Of a stretch of DNA of 32,000 bases, positions 17,605 to 25,141 are shown in pieces. Position numbers and translations under genes: made by a program. Source of the DNA: Sinorhizobium meliloti (GTDB lineage: Bacteria > Pseudomonadota > Alphaproteobacteria > Rhizobiales > Rhizobiaceae); the NCBI RefSeq assembly GCF_017876815.1, contig NZ_JAGIOS010000001.1, forward strand, positions 750,001 to 782,000, read 5' to 3'. Below the pieces are notes generated by a model, which saw nothing but the letters and a program-made list of their open reading frames with translations, was not told the DNA's origin and did not search any database. Within the stretch, counting starts at the first letter, position 1. Every line of letters starts with the position of its first letter.

Positions 17605-18630
17605 ATGGAGATTTTTTCGATGTCGTTGCCGCCAATCCTTTCCGGGAAAACGAGGCTGCCGGTCATAGGGGCGCCGCTTTTCATCGTCTCGCATCCTCGG
17701 CTGACGATCGCACAATGCAAGGCCGGCATCATCGGCGCCTTTCCGGCGCTCAACGCCCGCCCGCAATCGCAGCTCGACGAATGGCTGGCGGAAATCACCG
17801 AGACGCTGGCCGATCACGATGCCGGACACCCTGAGCGCCCGGCGGCACCCTTCGCGGTGAACCAGATCGTACACAAATCGAACGCCCGGCTCGAACAGGA
17901 CCTGATGCTTTGCGTCAAGTACAAGGTTCCGATCGTCATCTCCTCGCTCGGGGCCGTGCCGGAGGTGAATGCCGCCATCCATTCCTATGGCGGTGTCGTT
18001 CTCCACGACGTCATCAACAACCGCCATGCGAATTCCGCGATCCGCAAGGGAGCAGACGGGCTGATCGCAGTCGCGGCAGGCGCAGGCGGCCATGCGGGAA
18101 CCCTCTCGCCCTTCGCGCTCGTCCAGGAAATACGCGCCTGGTTCGACGGGCCGCTTCTGCTCTCGGGCGCGATCGCCACCGGCGACGCAATCCTCGCGGC
18201 GCAAGCAATGGGCGCCGACATGGCCTATATCGGTTCCCCCTTCATCGCCACGGAAGAGGCCCGCGCGAGCGCCGCCTACAAGCAGATGATCGTCGACAGC
18301 GACGCCGCCGATATCGTCTATTCCAATTACTTCACCGGCATTCACGGCAATTACCTTAGAGCGTCGATCCTTGCCGCCGGAATGGACCCGGCCAACCTGC
18401 CGGAAGCCGACCCCTCCAAGATGGACTTCGGCACGGCAACGGAAGGCGCCAAGGCATGGAAGGACATCTGGGGCTGCGGCCAGGGGATAGGCGCCGTGCG
18501 CGAAGTCGGCACCGTCGCCCGCCTTGTCGACCGGCTGGACCAGGAATACGACGCCGCACGGGCACGCCTCGGCTTCGCTTCCAGTGCCGAAGGGCGGCCG
18601 GCCCAGGAATTTTCAAGTTCTCGAAACTGA
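17605..18630 (+). CDS. Nitronate monooxygenase / 2-nitropropane dioxygenase (NMO) family FMN oxidoreductase
   Basis: 341 aa from ATG 17605, or 336 aa from ATG 17620 (MSLPPILSGKTRLPVIGAPLF...). The second is more plausible because the operator ends 7 nt before 17605. It has a TIM-barrel NMO-like sequence (GLIAVAAGAGGHAG...LLLSGAIATG). Confidence 0.75.
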   Translation: MEIFSMSLPPILSGKTRLPVIGAPLFIVSHPRLTIAQCKAGIIGAFPALNARPQSQLDEWLAEITETLADHDAGHPERPAAPFAVNQIVHKSNARLEQDLMLCVKYKVPIVISSLGAVPEVNAAIHSYGGVVLHDVINNRHANSAIRKGADGLIAVAAGAGGHAGTLSPFALVQEIRAWFDGPLLLSGAIATGDAILAAQAMGADMAYIGSPFIATEEARASAAYKQMIVDSDAADIVYSNYFTGIHGNYLRASILAAGMDPANLPEADPSKMDFGTATEGAKAWKDIWGCGQGIGAVREVGTVARLVDRLDQEYDAARARLGFASSAEGRPAQEFSSSRN

Positions 18631-18675
18631 TGGCTTGAAATCTCGCCGCTTTGCGTTTATCAGCGCCTCACATTC

Positions 18676-18696
18676 GTTCCGCGGCTTTCGCGGAAC
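18676..18696 (+). other. Hairpin between the NMO gene and tRNA-Thr
   Basis: GTTCCGCG-GCTTT-CGCGGAAC: 8-bp stem and no U-tract. It lies 46 nt after the NMO stop and 10 nt before the tRNA. It could be a weak terminator or a tRNA leader structure. Confidence 0.3.
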
Positions 18697-18706
18697 CGCC
18701 CCAAGG

Positions 18707-18782
18707 GCCGCTTTAGCTCAGTCGGTAGAGCACATCATTCGTAATGATGGGGTCACGTGTTCGAGTCACGTAAGCGGCACCA
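18707..18782 (+). tRNA. tRNA-Thr (anticodon CGU), CCA encoded
   Basis: Hand-folded cloverleaf: acceptor GCCGCTT/AAGCGGC, D-arm GCTC/GAGC, anticodon arm CATCA-TTCGTAA-TGATG, variable GGGTC, T-arm ACGTG-TTCGAGT-CACGT, discriminator A, CCA. Total 76 nt. Confidence 0.93.
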
Positions 18783-18851
18783 TTTTTCTGGAACTCGCAG
18801 CCCGAGGAATCGGAAGACTCGGCAATTCGCCGATGTTGGCTGGGCAGTAAT

Positions 18852-18879
18852 CCCGACGGCGCGTGCCGCCGGGCGTTTT
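18852..18879 (+). terminator. Candidate intrinsic terminator downstream of tRNA-Thr
   Basis: CCCGACGGC-GCGT-GCCGCCGGG: 8 bp plus one mismatch, followed by CGTTTTC. Confidence 0.45.
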
Positions 18880-18932
18880 CGGAAGCTCGATCACTTCGCT
18901 GTTTCGATGATCGTATTCCCCCAGATATAGGG

Positions 18933-19730
18933 TCAGCGTACCCAACCTTCACGGGACATGATCTTCTGCGCCTCATCGGAGATCAGATAATCCAGAAACG
19001 CCTTTGCATCGGGATCGGCGTCGGGGGCCAGGGCCACGCTGAGGTCGCGCCATATTGCGCGATCGCTCGACAGCGGCACCGCCTCCAGGGTGTCGGGGTT
19101 CGAAAGCGGCCAATTCGGCCAGGTGATCCAGGCGTCTGCATCCAATGCTTTGAACGCCTTGAAGCTTGCGCCGGAGCCCTGTTCGAAAGCGACGATGTTG
19201 CTGCGGAAGGCCGCGACATCCTCCAGCCGGCCAAGACGCCCCGCGATATCCTCCCACACACCCGTCCCCGACGTGTTGGCGACGCCGGCTCCTTCGGTTA
19301 CGACGATTTTCGTCCCTTCCGCCAGAAGGTCCTCGAATTTCATGATCCCCTTGGGATTGCCCGCTTTCACCGCAATGACTGCCGGACGAAGGTATATCGG
19401 CTCGACCTGATCCGATGAGAAGCCCTTATAGGTTTCGAGAAAAGCGGTCATCGCCTGTTCGGACGTGCCCCAGATGACATCCGCATCGCCCTGCGCCTTT
19501 TTCGACCATGTCTTCTCCGGTCCGGCGGTGATTTCGACCTTGCGGCCCGTCTCCTTCGTCCAGACATCCGCGACTTTCCGGATGGCGGTGTCCGGACCGC
19601 CCGCACCGTAAAGACGGATCACCCCGTCCTGTGCATCGCGGCTGATCGAAGGGTCATGGAGTGCGGTATCCTGCGCCGAAGCAGGCATGGCAAGGACAGT
19701 CGTCAGAACAATCAGAACTGCAATTCGCAC
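18933..19730 (-). CDS. Periplasmic solute-binding protein (type-2 PBP fold, ModA/TupA-like; ligand unknown)
   Basis: The track ORF extends to 19769. GTG 19730 has AAGGAG 6 nt upstream and gives the signal peptide (M)RIAVLIVLTTVLAMPASA-QD (265 aa). There is no adjacent permease or ATPase gene. Confidence 0.6.
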   Translation of the reverse strand: MRIAVLIVLTTVLAMPASAQDTALHDPSISRDAQDGVIRLYGAGGPDTAIRKVADVWTKETGRKVEITAGPEKTWSKKAQGDADVIWGTSEQAMTAFLETYKGFSSDQVEPIYLRPAVIAVKAGNPKGIMKFEDLLAEGTKIVVTEGAGVANTSGTGVWEDIAGRLGRLEDVAAFRSNIVAFEQGSGASFKAFKALDADAWITWPNWPLSNPDTLEAVPLSSDRAIWRDLSVALAPDADPDAKAFLDYLISDEAQKIMSREGWVR

Positions 19731-19880
19731 GGGCTTCTCCTTGTTGTCCGTAGTTGACCGCCACATCATTCAATGGGCTGAAGCGGCAGGAGAAACGACT
19801 GTTCGAAGGGCGCAATTCTTCCCTCAAGGAGGAACACGAAACCGTGATCCGCCGTCACACCAGAGCGGCATTTCACCGTC

Positions 19881-20822
19881 TCAGGTATAAAAATACCGCG
19901 TCAGGTGGAAAAAAACCGGGGCCGCGAAGCTCAGCGAATCCATGCGGTCGAGCACGCCGCCATGACCGCTGATCATCGAGCCCCAGTCCTTCACGCCCAT
20001 CGAGCGCTTCACCGCCGAGAGCGCCAGGCCGCCGAGGAAGCCCATGGCGACGATGGCGAAGGCCATCGCGGCCGCCTCCAGCGGCGTGAAGGGCGTTATC
20101 CACCACAAGGCCGCGCCGGCAGCCACGGCCGAAAGCCCGCCTCCGGCAAGTCCCTCGACCGTTTTCGAGGGGCTGACGACCGGTGCGACCTTCGTCCGGC
20201 CGAAAAGCTTGCCGAAGACATACTGCATGACATCGCTGAACTGCGCGATTGTGATGAGGAAGAAGAGCAGCAGGAAGCCTTCGCCCGCCCGGCCGGGGAT
20301 GTCGAGCGTCAGCAGGGCCGGTGCGTGGCTGATGCAATAGACGGTCAGCATAAGGCCCCACTGGATTCGCGAGACGCGCAGCAGGAACTGCTCCGTGTCG
20401 CCCTTGAGCGCGGAAAGGCTCGGCAGGAGGAGGAAGCCGTAGACCGGTATCAGAATGGTGAAAAGCGCATACCAGTCGATCGAGATCAGCCAGTATTGCA
20501 GCGGCAGCAGAACGTAAAAGGAAGCAACGAGCGGCAGGTGATCGGCGGCACGCGTCGGCGTCAGCGAGACGAACTCGCGCAGCGTGTAGAAGGAGGTGAG
20601 AGCAAAAAGCACGAGCGTGACGCCGCGACCGAGAGTGAAACTCACCGCGAAGATGGCGATCATCACCCACCATGCCCTGATACGGGCATTGAGATTGTCG
20701 ATTGTCGCCCGCCCCGTTTCGGACGTCGCGCGGCGCGCCAGCACGAAGCCGATCAGCGATGCCGCTCCGAGAAGAGCGGCTATGCCGGCAAAGAGGATAA
20801 AGAGTTTGTCGTTCAAGGACAT
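19881..20822 (-). CDS. Phosphatidate cytidylyltransferase family protein (CdsA paralogue, YnbB-like)
   Basis: 313 aa from ATG 20822 (MSLNDKLFILF...), 7 nt after the upstream stop. The CdsA signature is SAVKRSMGVKDWGSMISGHGGVLDRMDS. It is a multi-TM protein. Confidence 0.82.
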   Translation of the reverse strand: MSLNDKLFILFAGIAALLGAASLIGFVLARRATSETGRATIDNLNARIRAWWVMIAIFAVSFTLGRGVTLVLFALTSFYTLREFVSLTPTRAADHLPLVASFYVLLPLQYWLISIDWYALFTILIPVYGFLLLPSLSALKGDTEQFLLRVSRIQWGLMLTVYCISHAPALLTLDIPGRAGEGFLLLFFLITIAQFSDVMQYVFGKLFGRTKVAPVVSPSKTVEGLAGGGLSAVAAGAALWWITPFTPLEAAAMAFAIVAMGFLGGLALSAVKRSMGVKDWGSMISGHGGVLDRMDSLSFAAPVFFHLTRYFYT

Positions 20823-20829
20823 GGCGGCC

Positions 20830-21441
20830 TCATCCGATGGGCTCCGGCGCAAGTGCGGCGACCGCTGCGCGGGCGCGTTCCAGAAAAGCCTCCTTCTCTT
20901 CGCCGGCGTGGTGCGCGACCGGCGGTCCGAAACGCACCGTGCAGCTGATCGGTACGGGCAGAAAGGTTCCCTTGGGAAAGGCGCGCGAGGGATTGTCGAG
21001 ATAGGTCGGGATCAGTTCCACGTCGGGAAATTCCTGCGACAGCCAATAGAGCCCGCTCTTGAACGGCCCCGGCAATCGCTCGCTGCGGCGCGTGCCCTCC
21101 GGGAAAAGAATGAGCGACTCGCCCTCGCAGAGCACGTTGCGCAAGGGTGCCAGAGCGGCTCCGGGCGGCCCCTGCGTCGAGCGCTCGACGAGCACGCCAT
21201 TCAGCACCTTTAGCCCGATATGACGCCTCACGGCGCCCCTGCCCCAATAGTCCGCCGCGGCGATCGGATGCGTCGATGCGCGCAACGCACGCGGCAGCGC
21301 CGACCAGATCAGCAGCGTGTCGAGATGGCTCGAGTGATTGGCGAAATAGATGCGCTGGCGCATTTCCGCCCGCGAGCCCATCCAGTGCGCCTGTCCGCCG
21401 ACGATGAACCGCGTGAGGCCGATCAATGCCAGGTCGATCAC
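20830..21441 (-). CDS. PlsC-type lysophospholipid acyltransferase family protein
   Basis: The HX4D motif is FANHSSHLD and the FPEGTRR motif is present. The preferred start is GTG 21441, which overlaps the upstream stop (GTGA, 21438-21441), giving 203 aa. The track ORF to 21858 overlaps the upstream gene and is non-protein-like there. Confidence 0.75.
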   Translation of the reverse strand: MIDLALIGLTRFIVGGQAHWMGSRAEMRQRIYFANHSSHLDTLLIWSALPRALRASTHPIAAADYWGRGAVRRHIGLKVLNGVLVERSTQGPPGAALAPLRNVLCEGESLILFPEGTRRSERLPGPFKSGLYWLSQEFPDVELIPTYLDNPSRAFPKGTFLPVPISCTVRFGPPVAHHAGEEKEAFLERARAAVAALAPEPIG

Positions 21442-22103
21442 GGATTCGCGCCTTCCCGAATGCGCGAGACGATGGCCTTGGTGCGGGTCGCGCATGTGAG
21501 AAGCGCGCCGGCAAGGATGATCCACGCCGTGGCGTAAAGCACGAGGCGCTCTGTCATCAGAAATGCTTCCCCGAATGCCAGCACGCAGGCGAGACTCATC
21601 AACGCCATGCGATGCTGCTTCGCCATGGGACCGCGGAAGTCCTGAGCCTGGCGGAGCGATCCGCCGAAGACGCGCACATAGGCCGTCAAGGCGGCCGCAA
21701 GCGCCCCCGCCCAGCCGAGCCATCCCGCGCCGGCGGCATAGCCGAGTGCAACGATGAGCAGGGTGTCGGCGACCCGGTCGGGAAACTCGTTGTAGAGCGC
21801 TCCGACCGGCGAACCGCGCCCGCCCTCGACCGCCACCATGCCGTCGAGAAGATTGCACAGGAGGCGCAACTGGATGGCGGCGAGCGCCACGGGATAAAGG
21901 AACGGCCAGCGGGCTGCAGAAAGGAGGGCCGCCGCCCCCAATGCGGCAAACACGACGCTTGCGAGCGAGATCTGGTTGGGCGTGACCGAAGTCTTCAGAA
22001 GCAACGCCGTCAGGCGCCGCGCGAAGCCGCTGTCGCGCGCTGCGATAGGGCGCCGATCCGCGACCGGCCCATCTGCGTCTTCGCCGTCAGGTGCGACACT
22101 CAT
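21438..22103 (-). CDS. CDP-alcohol phosphatidyltransferase family protein, YnbA-like variant motif
   Basis: 221 aa, multi-TM. The motif LDGMVAVEGGRGSPVGALYNEFPDRVAD is DG-x2-A-V...G-x3-N-E-x2-D-x3-D. It resembles the E. coli YnbA pattern LDGMLARE...LGAILNETGDVISD as I recall it, rather than PgsA or Pcs. Confidence 0.72.
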   Translation of the reverse strand: MSVAPDGEDADGPVADRRPIAARDSGFARRLTALLLKTSVTPNQISLASVVFAALGAAALLSAARWPFLYPVALAAIQLRLLCNLLDGMVAVEGGRGSPVGALYNEFPDRVADTLLIVALGYAAGAGWLGWAGALAAALTAYVRVFGGSLRQAQDFRGPMAKQHRMALMSLACVLAFGEAFLMTERLVLYATAWIILAGALLTCATRTKAIVSRIREGANP

Positions 22104-22198
22104 GTTCGAGAGGTACGGCCTACAAATTAAGGATTGCAGTCTGTCTTAAAACAACTTCCATGCAAATGCCATACGGCCGCGTTGCTCCCGGTTCCGTC

Positions 22199-23374
22199 TC
22201 ACTTGGCGGAAATATCCACCCTGGATATCCCGTTGACGGGCGGCTCCGGCTGGCTCGTCACCTCGCGCAGCCATTCGCGCCAGATGGCGACGAGCAGCGC
22301 CATCAGTACCGGACCGACGAAGAGACCGAGAAATCCCATCGTCTTGACGCCGCCGATCAGGCCGAAAAACGTCGGCAGGAAGGGCAGCTTGATCGGGCCG
22401 CCGACGAGCCTCGGCCGCAATGTCTTGTCTACGATGAAGAGCTCCGTCGTACCCCAGGTGAAGAGCGCGATGCCATGGACGGGCGAGCCGCTTGCGACGA
22501 GATAGACCGAGACCAGGGTGAAACAGAGTGGGGCACCGCCCGGAATGAGCGCCATGATGCCGGTGAGGATGCCGAGCGTGACCGGCGACGGCACGCCAGC
22601 GAGCCAATAGGCGACACCGAGCACGATGCCTTCGCCGATCGCGATGATACCCATGCCGGTGACGGTCGAGCTGATCGTAAGGGGCACCACGCGCGACAGC
22701 CTCTCCCAGCGCATCGGGAAGATCCGTTCGCCGAGATGGTCGAGCTGCTTCGAAAAGGACTGGCCGTCGCGATAGACGAAGAAGAGCGTGATCAGCATGA
22801 AAAGGAGCGTCAGGAAGGACTGGAAGGCGGAGGCGCCGACCACGAGCACGCCGCGATAGATATTGCCGATATTGGAGCCGCTGACGAGCTGCACCAATTC
22901 CCCGAGAGCGCCGGGGTGACCGACATATTTGACCCATTGTTCGCCGAGCCAGGCGCCCACCGCCGGGATCGTCGCCAGCCAGGCAGGCGCCGGCGCGCCG
23001 TTCGCATTGGTCGCAACCGCCCATACGAGCCAATCGCGCACCTCTTCCACGGCATAGATCGCGGCGAGCGAGATCGGCACGACGATAAAGGCGACGACCG
23101 AAATGATGGCGATCGTCGCGGCAAGAGTGCGGTTTCCGTTCAGGCCCTGAAGCAGCCGCCAATAGATGGGCCAGCTCGCAAAGCCGATGACCACCGCCGC
23201 AAGCACCGGCACGAGGAAACCATGAAAGAAATAGACGCCGCAAAGCAGAATGAGAACGAGCAGCCACCGGGCCGCCGAAATCGGCACGACGAGGGCGGAG
23301 CGTGAATGGGCCGGCTGCCCGAAGAGCCGCGGCTCCACGGGAAGGTTCTCTCGATCGCGATTGCCCAATTGCAC
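22199..23374 (-). CDS. AI-2E family transporter (PerM/UPF0118)
   Basis: The track ORF extends to 23515. GTG 23374 has GGAGGAG 5-7 nt upstream (391 aa). It has about 8 TM segments and a typical C-terminal half (LIPGGAPL...FIVDKTLRPRLVG...LPFLPTFFGLIGG). Confidence 0.75.
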   Translation of the reverse strand: MQLGNRDRENLPVEPRLFGQPAHSRSALVVPISAARWLLVLILLCGVYFFHGFLVPVLAAVVIGFASWPIYWRLLQGLNGNRTLAATIAIISVVAFIVVPISLAAIYAVEEVRDWLVWAVATNANGAPAPAWLATIPAVGAWLGEQWVKYVGHPGALGELVQLVSGSNIGNIYRGVLVVGASAFQSFLTLLFMLITLFFVYRDGQSFSKQLDHLGERIFPMRWERLSRVVPLTISSTVTGMGIIAIGEGIVLGVAYWLAGVPSPVTLGILTGIMALIPGGAPLCFTLVSVYLVASGSPVHGIALFTWGTTELFIVDKTLRPRLVGGPIKLPFLPTFFGLIGGVKTMGFLGLFVGPVLMALLVAIWREWLREVTSQPEPPVNGISRVDISAK

Positions 23375-23568
23375 CAATTCTCCTCCGTCTCTTCGAACCT
23401 TACAACAAACCCGCAACCTTGCCAGCCCGTTCCGCTCCGCTGGACGCGGTTTCCGGCGCAATGATGGCGGCCGGCTCCGAATCGGCGCTTTACGCGAGAA
23501 CACGCGCATTTTCACCTAGCAAGCGCACGTGACAGGAGATTGGAGCGGATGAGGAAAATCGCGAGCCG

Positions 23569-24804
23569 TCAGGCTACGCGCCCCGTCCGCCGGCGATCCA
23601 CGATCACCGAAGCGAGGAAGATGGCGAAACCGCCTATGCCGAGCACGGCGCCGACGAGCCCCGGCGAAGTCCAGCCGTAACCGGCGGCGATGGCAATGCC
23701 GCCGAGCCAGGCGCCGAGGGCATTGGCGAAATTGAAGGCGGAATGACTGAGGGCTGCCGCGAGCGTCTGCGCCTTTCCGGCGACGTCCATCAGGCGGGTC
23801 TGGACGCCCGGAACGACGGCGAAGCCGCCGCCGATGAAAAGCACGTTGACGATCGCCATCCAGGGGCTTGTCATGGTGAAATAGAAGAGGATGTAGGCGA
23901 AGACGTTGAAGACGAGCGCGATGCCGATGGCGCGCGTGAGCGACCAATCGGCGAGCCGCGAACCCACGATATTGCCGAGGATCATGCCGGCGCCGAAGAC
24001 CGACAGCATGACGGGCACATTGGCGACGGAAACGCCCGCGACCTGGGTCAGCGCCGGTGCGATATAGGTGAAGACGGCGAACATTCCGCCGCAACCGATC
24101 GCACAGATACCGAGCAGCAACCAGACCTGGAGGCTCCCCAGCGCGCTCAGTTCCCGCAGCGGCGTCGCCTGCGGATCGCCCCTGTCCCGCGGCACGTGGA
24201 GCCAGATCAGGACCATCGTCATGAGGCTGATGCCGCCGACGATCGCGAAGGCGCTGCGCCATCCGAGCGCCTGGCCGAACCAGGCGACGAGCGGCGTGCC
24301 GAAAAGAGTGGCGATCGTCAGGCCCATCATGACCCGACCGACTGCGCGCGCCCGCTGGTTTGGTGCCGCAAGTCCTGCCGCGACCAGTGCCGCCACGCCG
24401 AAATAGGCGCCGTGCGGCAGGCCCGCGAAGAAGCGCGCGGCGACGAGCGGGTGGAAACTTGGCGCAACGGCGGACGCGAAATTGCCCAATGCAAAGACGG
24501 CCATCAATACCAGCAGCACATGAAAGCGGGCGAACCGCGCCGCAAGTACCGCGATCAACGGCGCGCCGACGACCACGCCGAGCGCGTAGGCGCTGATGAC
24601 GGCGCCCGCCGCCGGCACCGAGACGGCGACGTCGTCTGCGACCTGAGGCAACAGGCCCATGATGGCGAATTCGCCGGTACCGATACCGAAACCACCGACT
24701 GCCAGCGCGATTTCCGTCGCGGAAACCCTGTTACGGGATTTGCCCACGTTCGCGGGGCCAATATTCGTGGGGCCGATATCGGCGGAAAGGACATCTTCGG
24801 ACAT
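23569..24804 (-). CDS. MFS transporter (DHA1-like efflux permease)
   Basis: 411 aa with about 12 TM segments. The N-terminal EIALAVGGFGIGTGEFAIMGLLPQVADD is typical of the YdhP/NepI-like subgroup. Confidence 0.78.
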   Translation of the reverse strand: MSEDVLSADIGPTNIGPANVGKSRNRVSATEIALAVGGFGIGTGEFAIMGLLPQVADDVAVSVPAAGAVISAYALGVVVGAPLIAVLAARFARFHVLLVLMAVFALGNFASAVAPSFHPLVAARFFAGLPHGAYFGVAALVAAGLAAPNQRARAVGRVMMGLTIATLFGTPLVAWFGQALGWRSAFAIVGGISLMTMVLIWLHVPRDRGDPQATPLRELSALGSLQVWLLLGICAIGCGGMFAVFTYIAPALTQVAGVSVANVPVMLSVFGAGMILGNIVGSRLADWSLTRAIGIALVFNVFAYILFYFTMTSPWMAIVNVLFIGGGFAVVPGVQTRLMDVAGKAQTLAAALSHSAFNFANALGAWLGGIAIAAGYGWTSPGLVGAVLGIGGFAIFLASVIVDRRRTGRVA

Positions 24805-24898
24805 GCGTGGCCTTGGCTCGCGGCCCGTCGGCCGCCGCTTGGGAGGAATTTGGTGAATATCTTTGGGGACCTCGGCGCAGCCGATGTCGTGGCAGGTT

Positions 24899-24917
24899 TA
24901 TACTGCAGTGCAGTATA
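24899..24917. promoter_or_regulatory. 19-bp perfect palindrome, candidate operator upstream of the MFS gene
   Basis: TATACTGCA-G-TGCAGTATA, 95-113 nt upstream of the MFS ATG (24804). Confidence 0.5.
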
Positions 24918-24995
24918 GGCGAGCCGGCTGCACCTGCAAGAACTGTGCTGCAGCGCACATCAAAATTTCACAAGCCGGTGCATAGCTGCCGATTG

Positions 24996-25011
24996 TTGAC
25001 GTTTACGTCAA
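24996..25011. promoter_or_regulatory. 16-bp perfect palindrome TTGACGTTTACGTCAA overlapping a candidate fadD promoter
   Basis: TTGACGT-TT-ACGTCAA. TTGACG is -35-like and TATAAT lies at 25017-25022, a 15-nt spacer. The site is 130 nt upstream of the fadD ATG. Confidence 0.6.
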
Positions 25012-25141
25012 AGTTATATAATTCGGATTACGGCTTGAAGAGGCGAGCTAAAAGCAGCATCTTCGACGGAGAGGAAGATCGGGAGGGATTTTTCTTCGCC
25101 GTGATGACGGCCGTTCATTGGCGACCAGAGGGAGGAAGGTC

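Noticed and set aside
15012-18345. Minus-strand ORFs 15012..16265 (417 aa) and 17530..18345 (271 aa).
   Set aside because: They are antisense to ppk2 and the NMO-family gene respectively, with no motifs and a composition typical of antisense frames.
18707-23374. Genomic island integrated at tRNA-Thr.
   Set aside because: There is no integrase or recombinase and I saw no direct repeat of the tRNA 3' end. There is no obvious compositional shift, and the downstream genes are ordinary chromosomal membrane proteins.
23529-23535. Single CTGTCAC Pho-box half-site (minus strand) upstream of the AI-2E gene.
   Set aside because: There is no second half-site at 11-bp spacing. One isolated heptamer is expected by chance.
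19905-24918. Plus-strand ORFs 19905..20948, 21426..22130, 22091..23305 and 23743..24918. Also minus-strand alternate frames 19873..20673, 20813..21514, 22146..23267 and 23516..24262.
   Set aside because: All overlap the membrane-protein genes, whose hydrophobic multi-TM translations and signature motifs identify the correct frame. The alternatives are Arg/His/Asp-rich.
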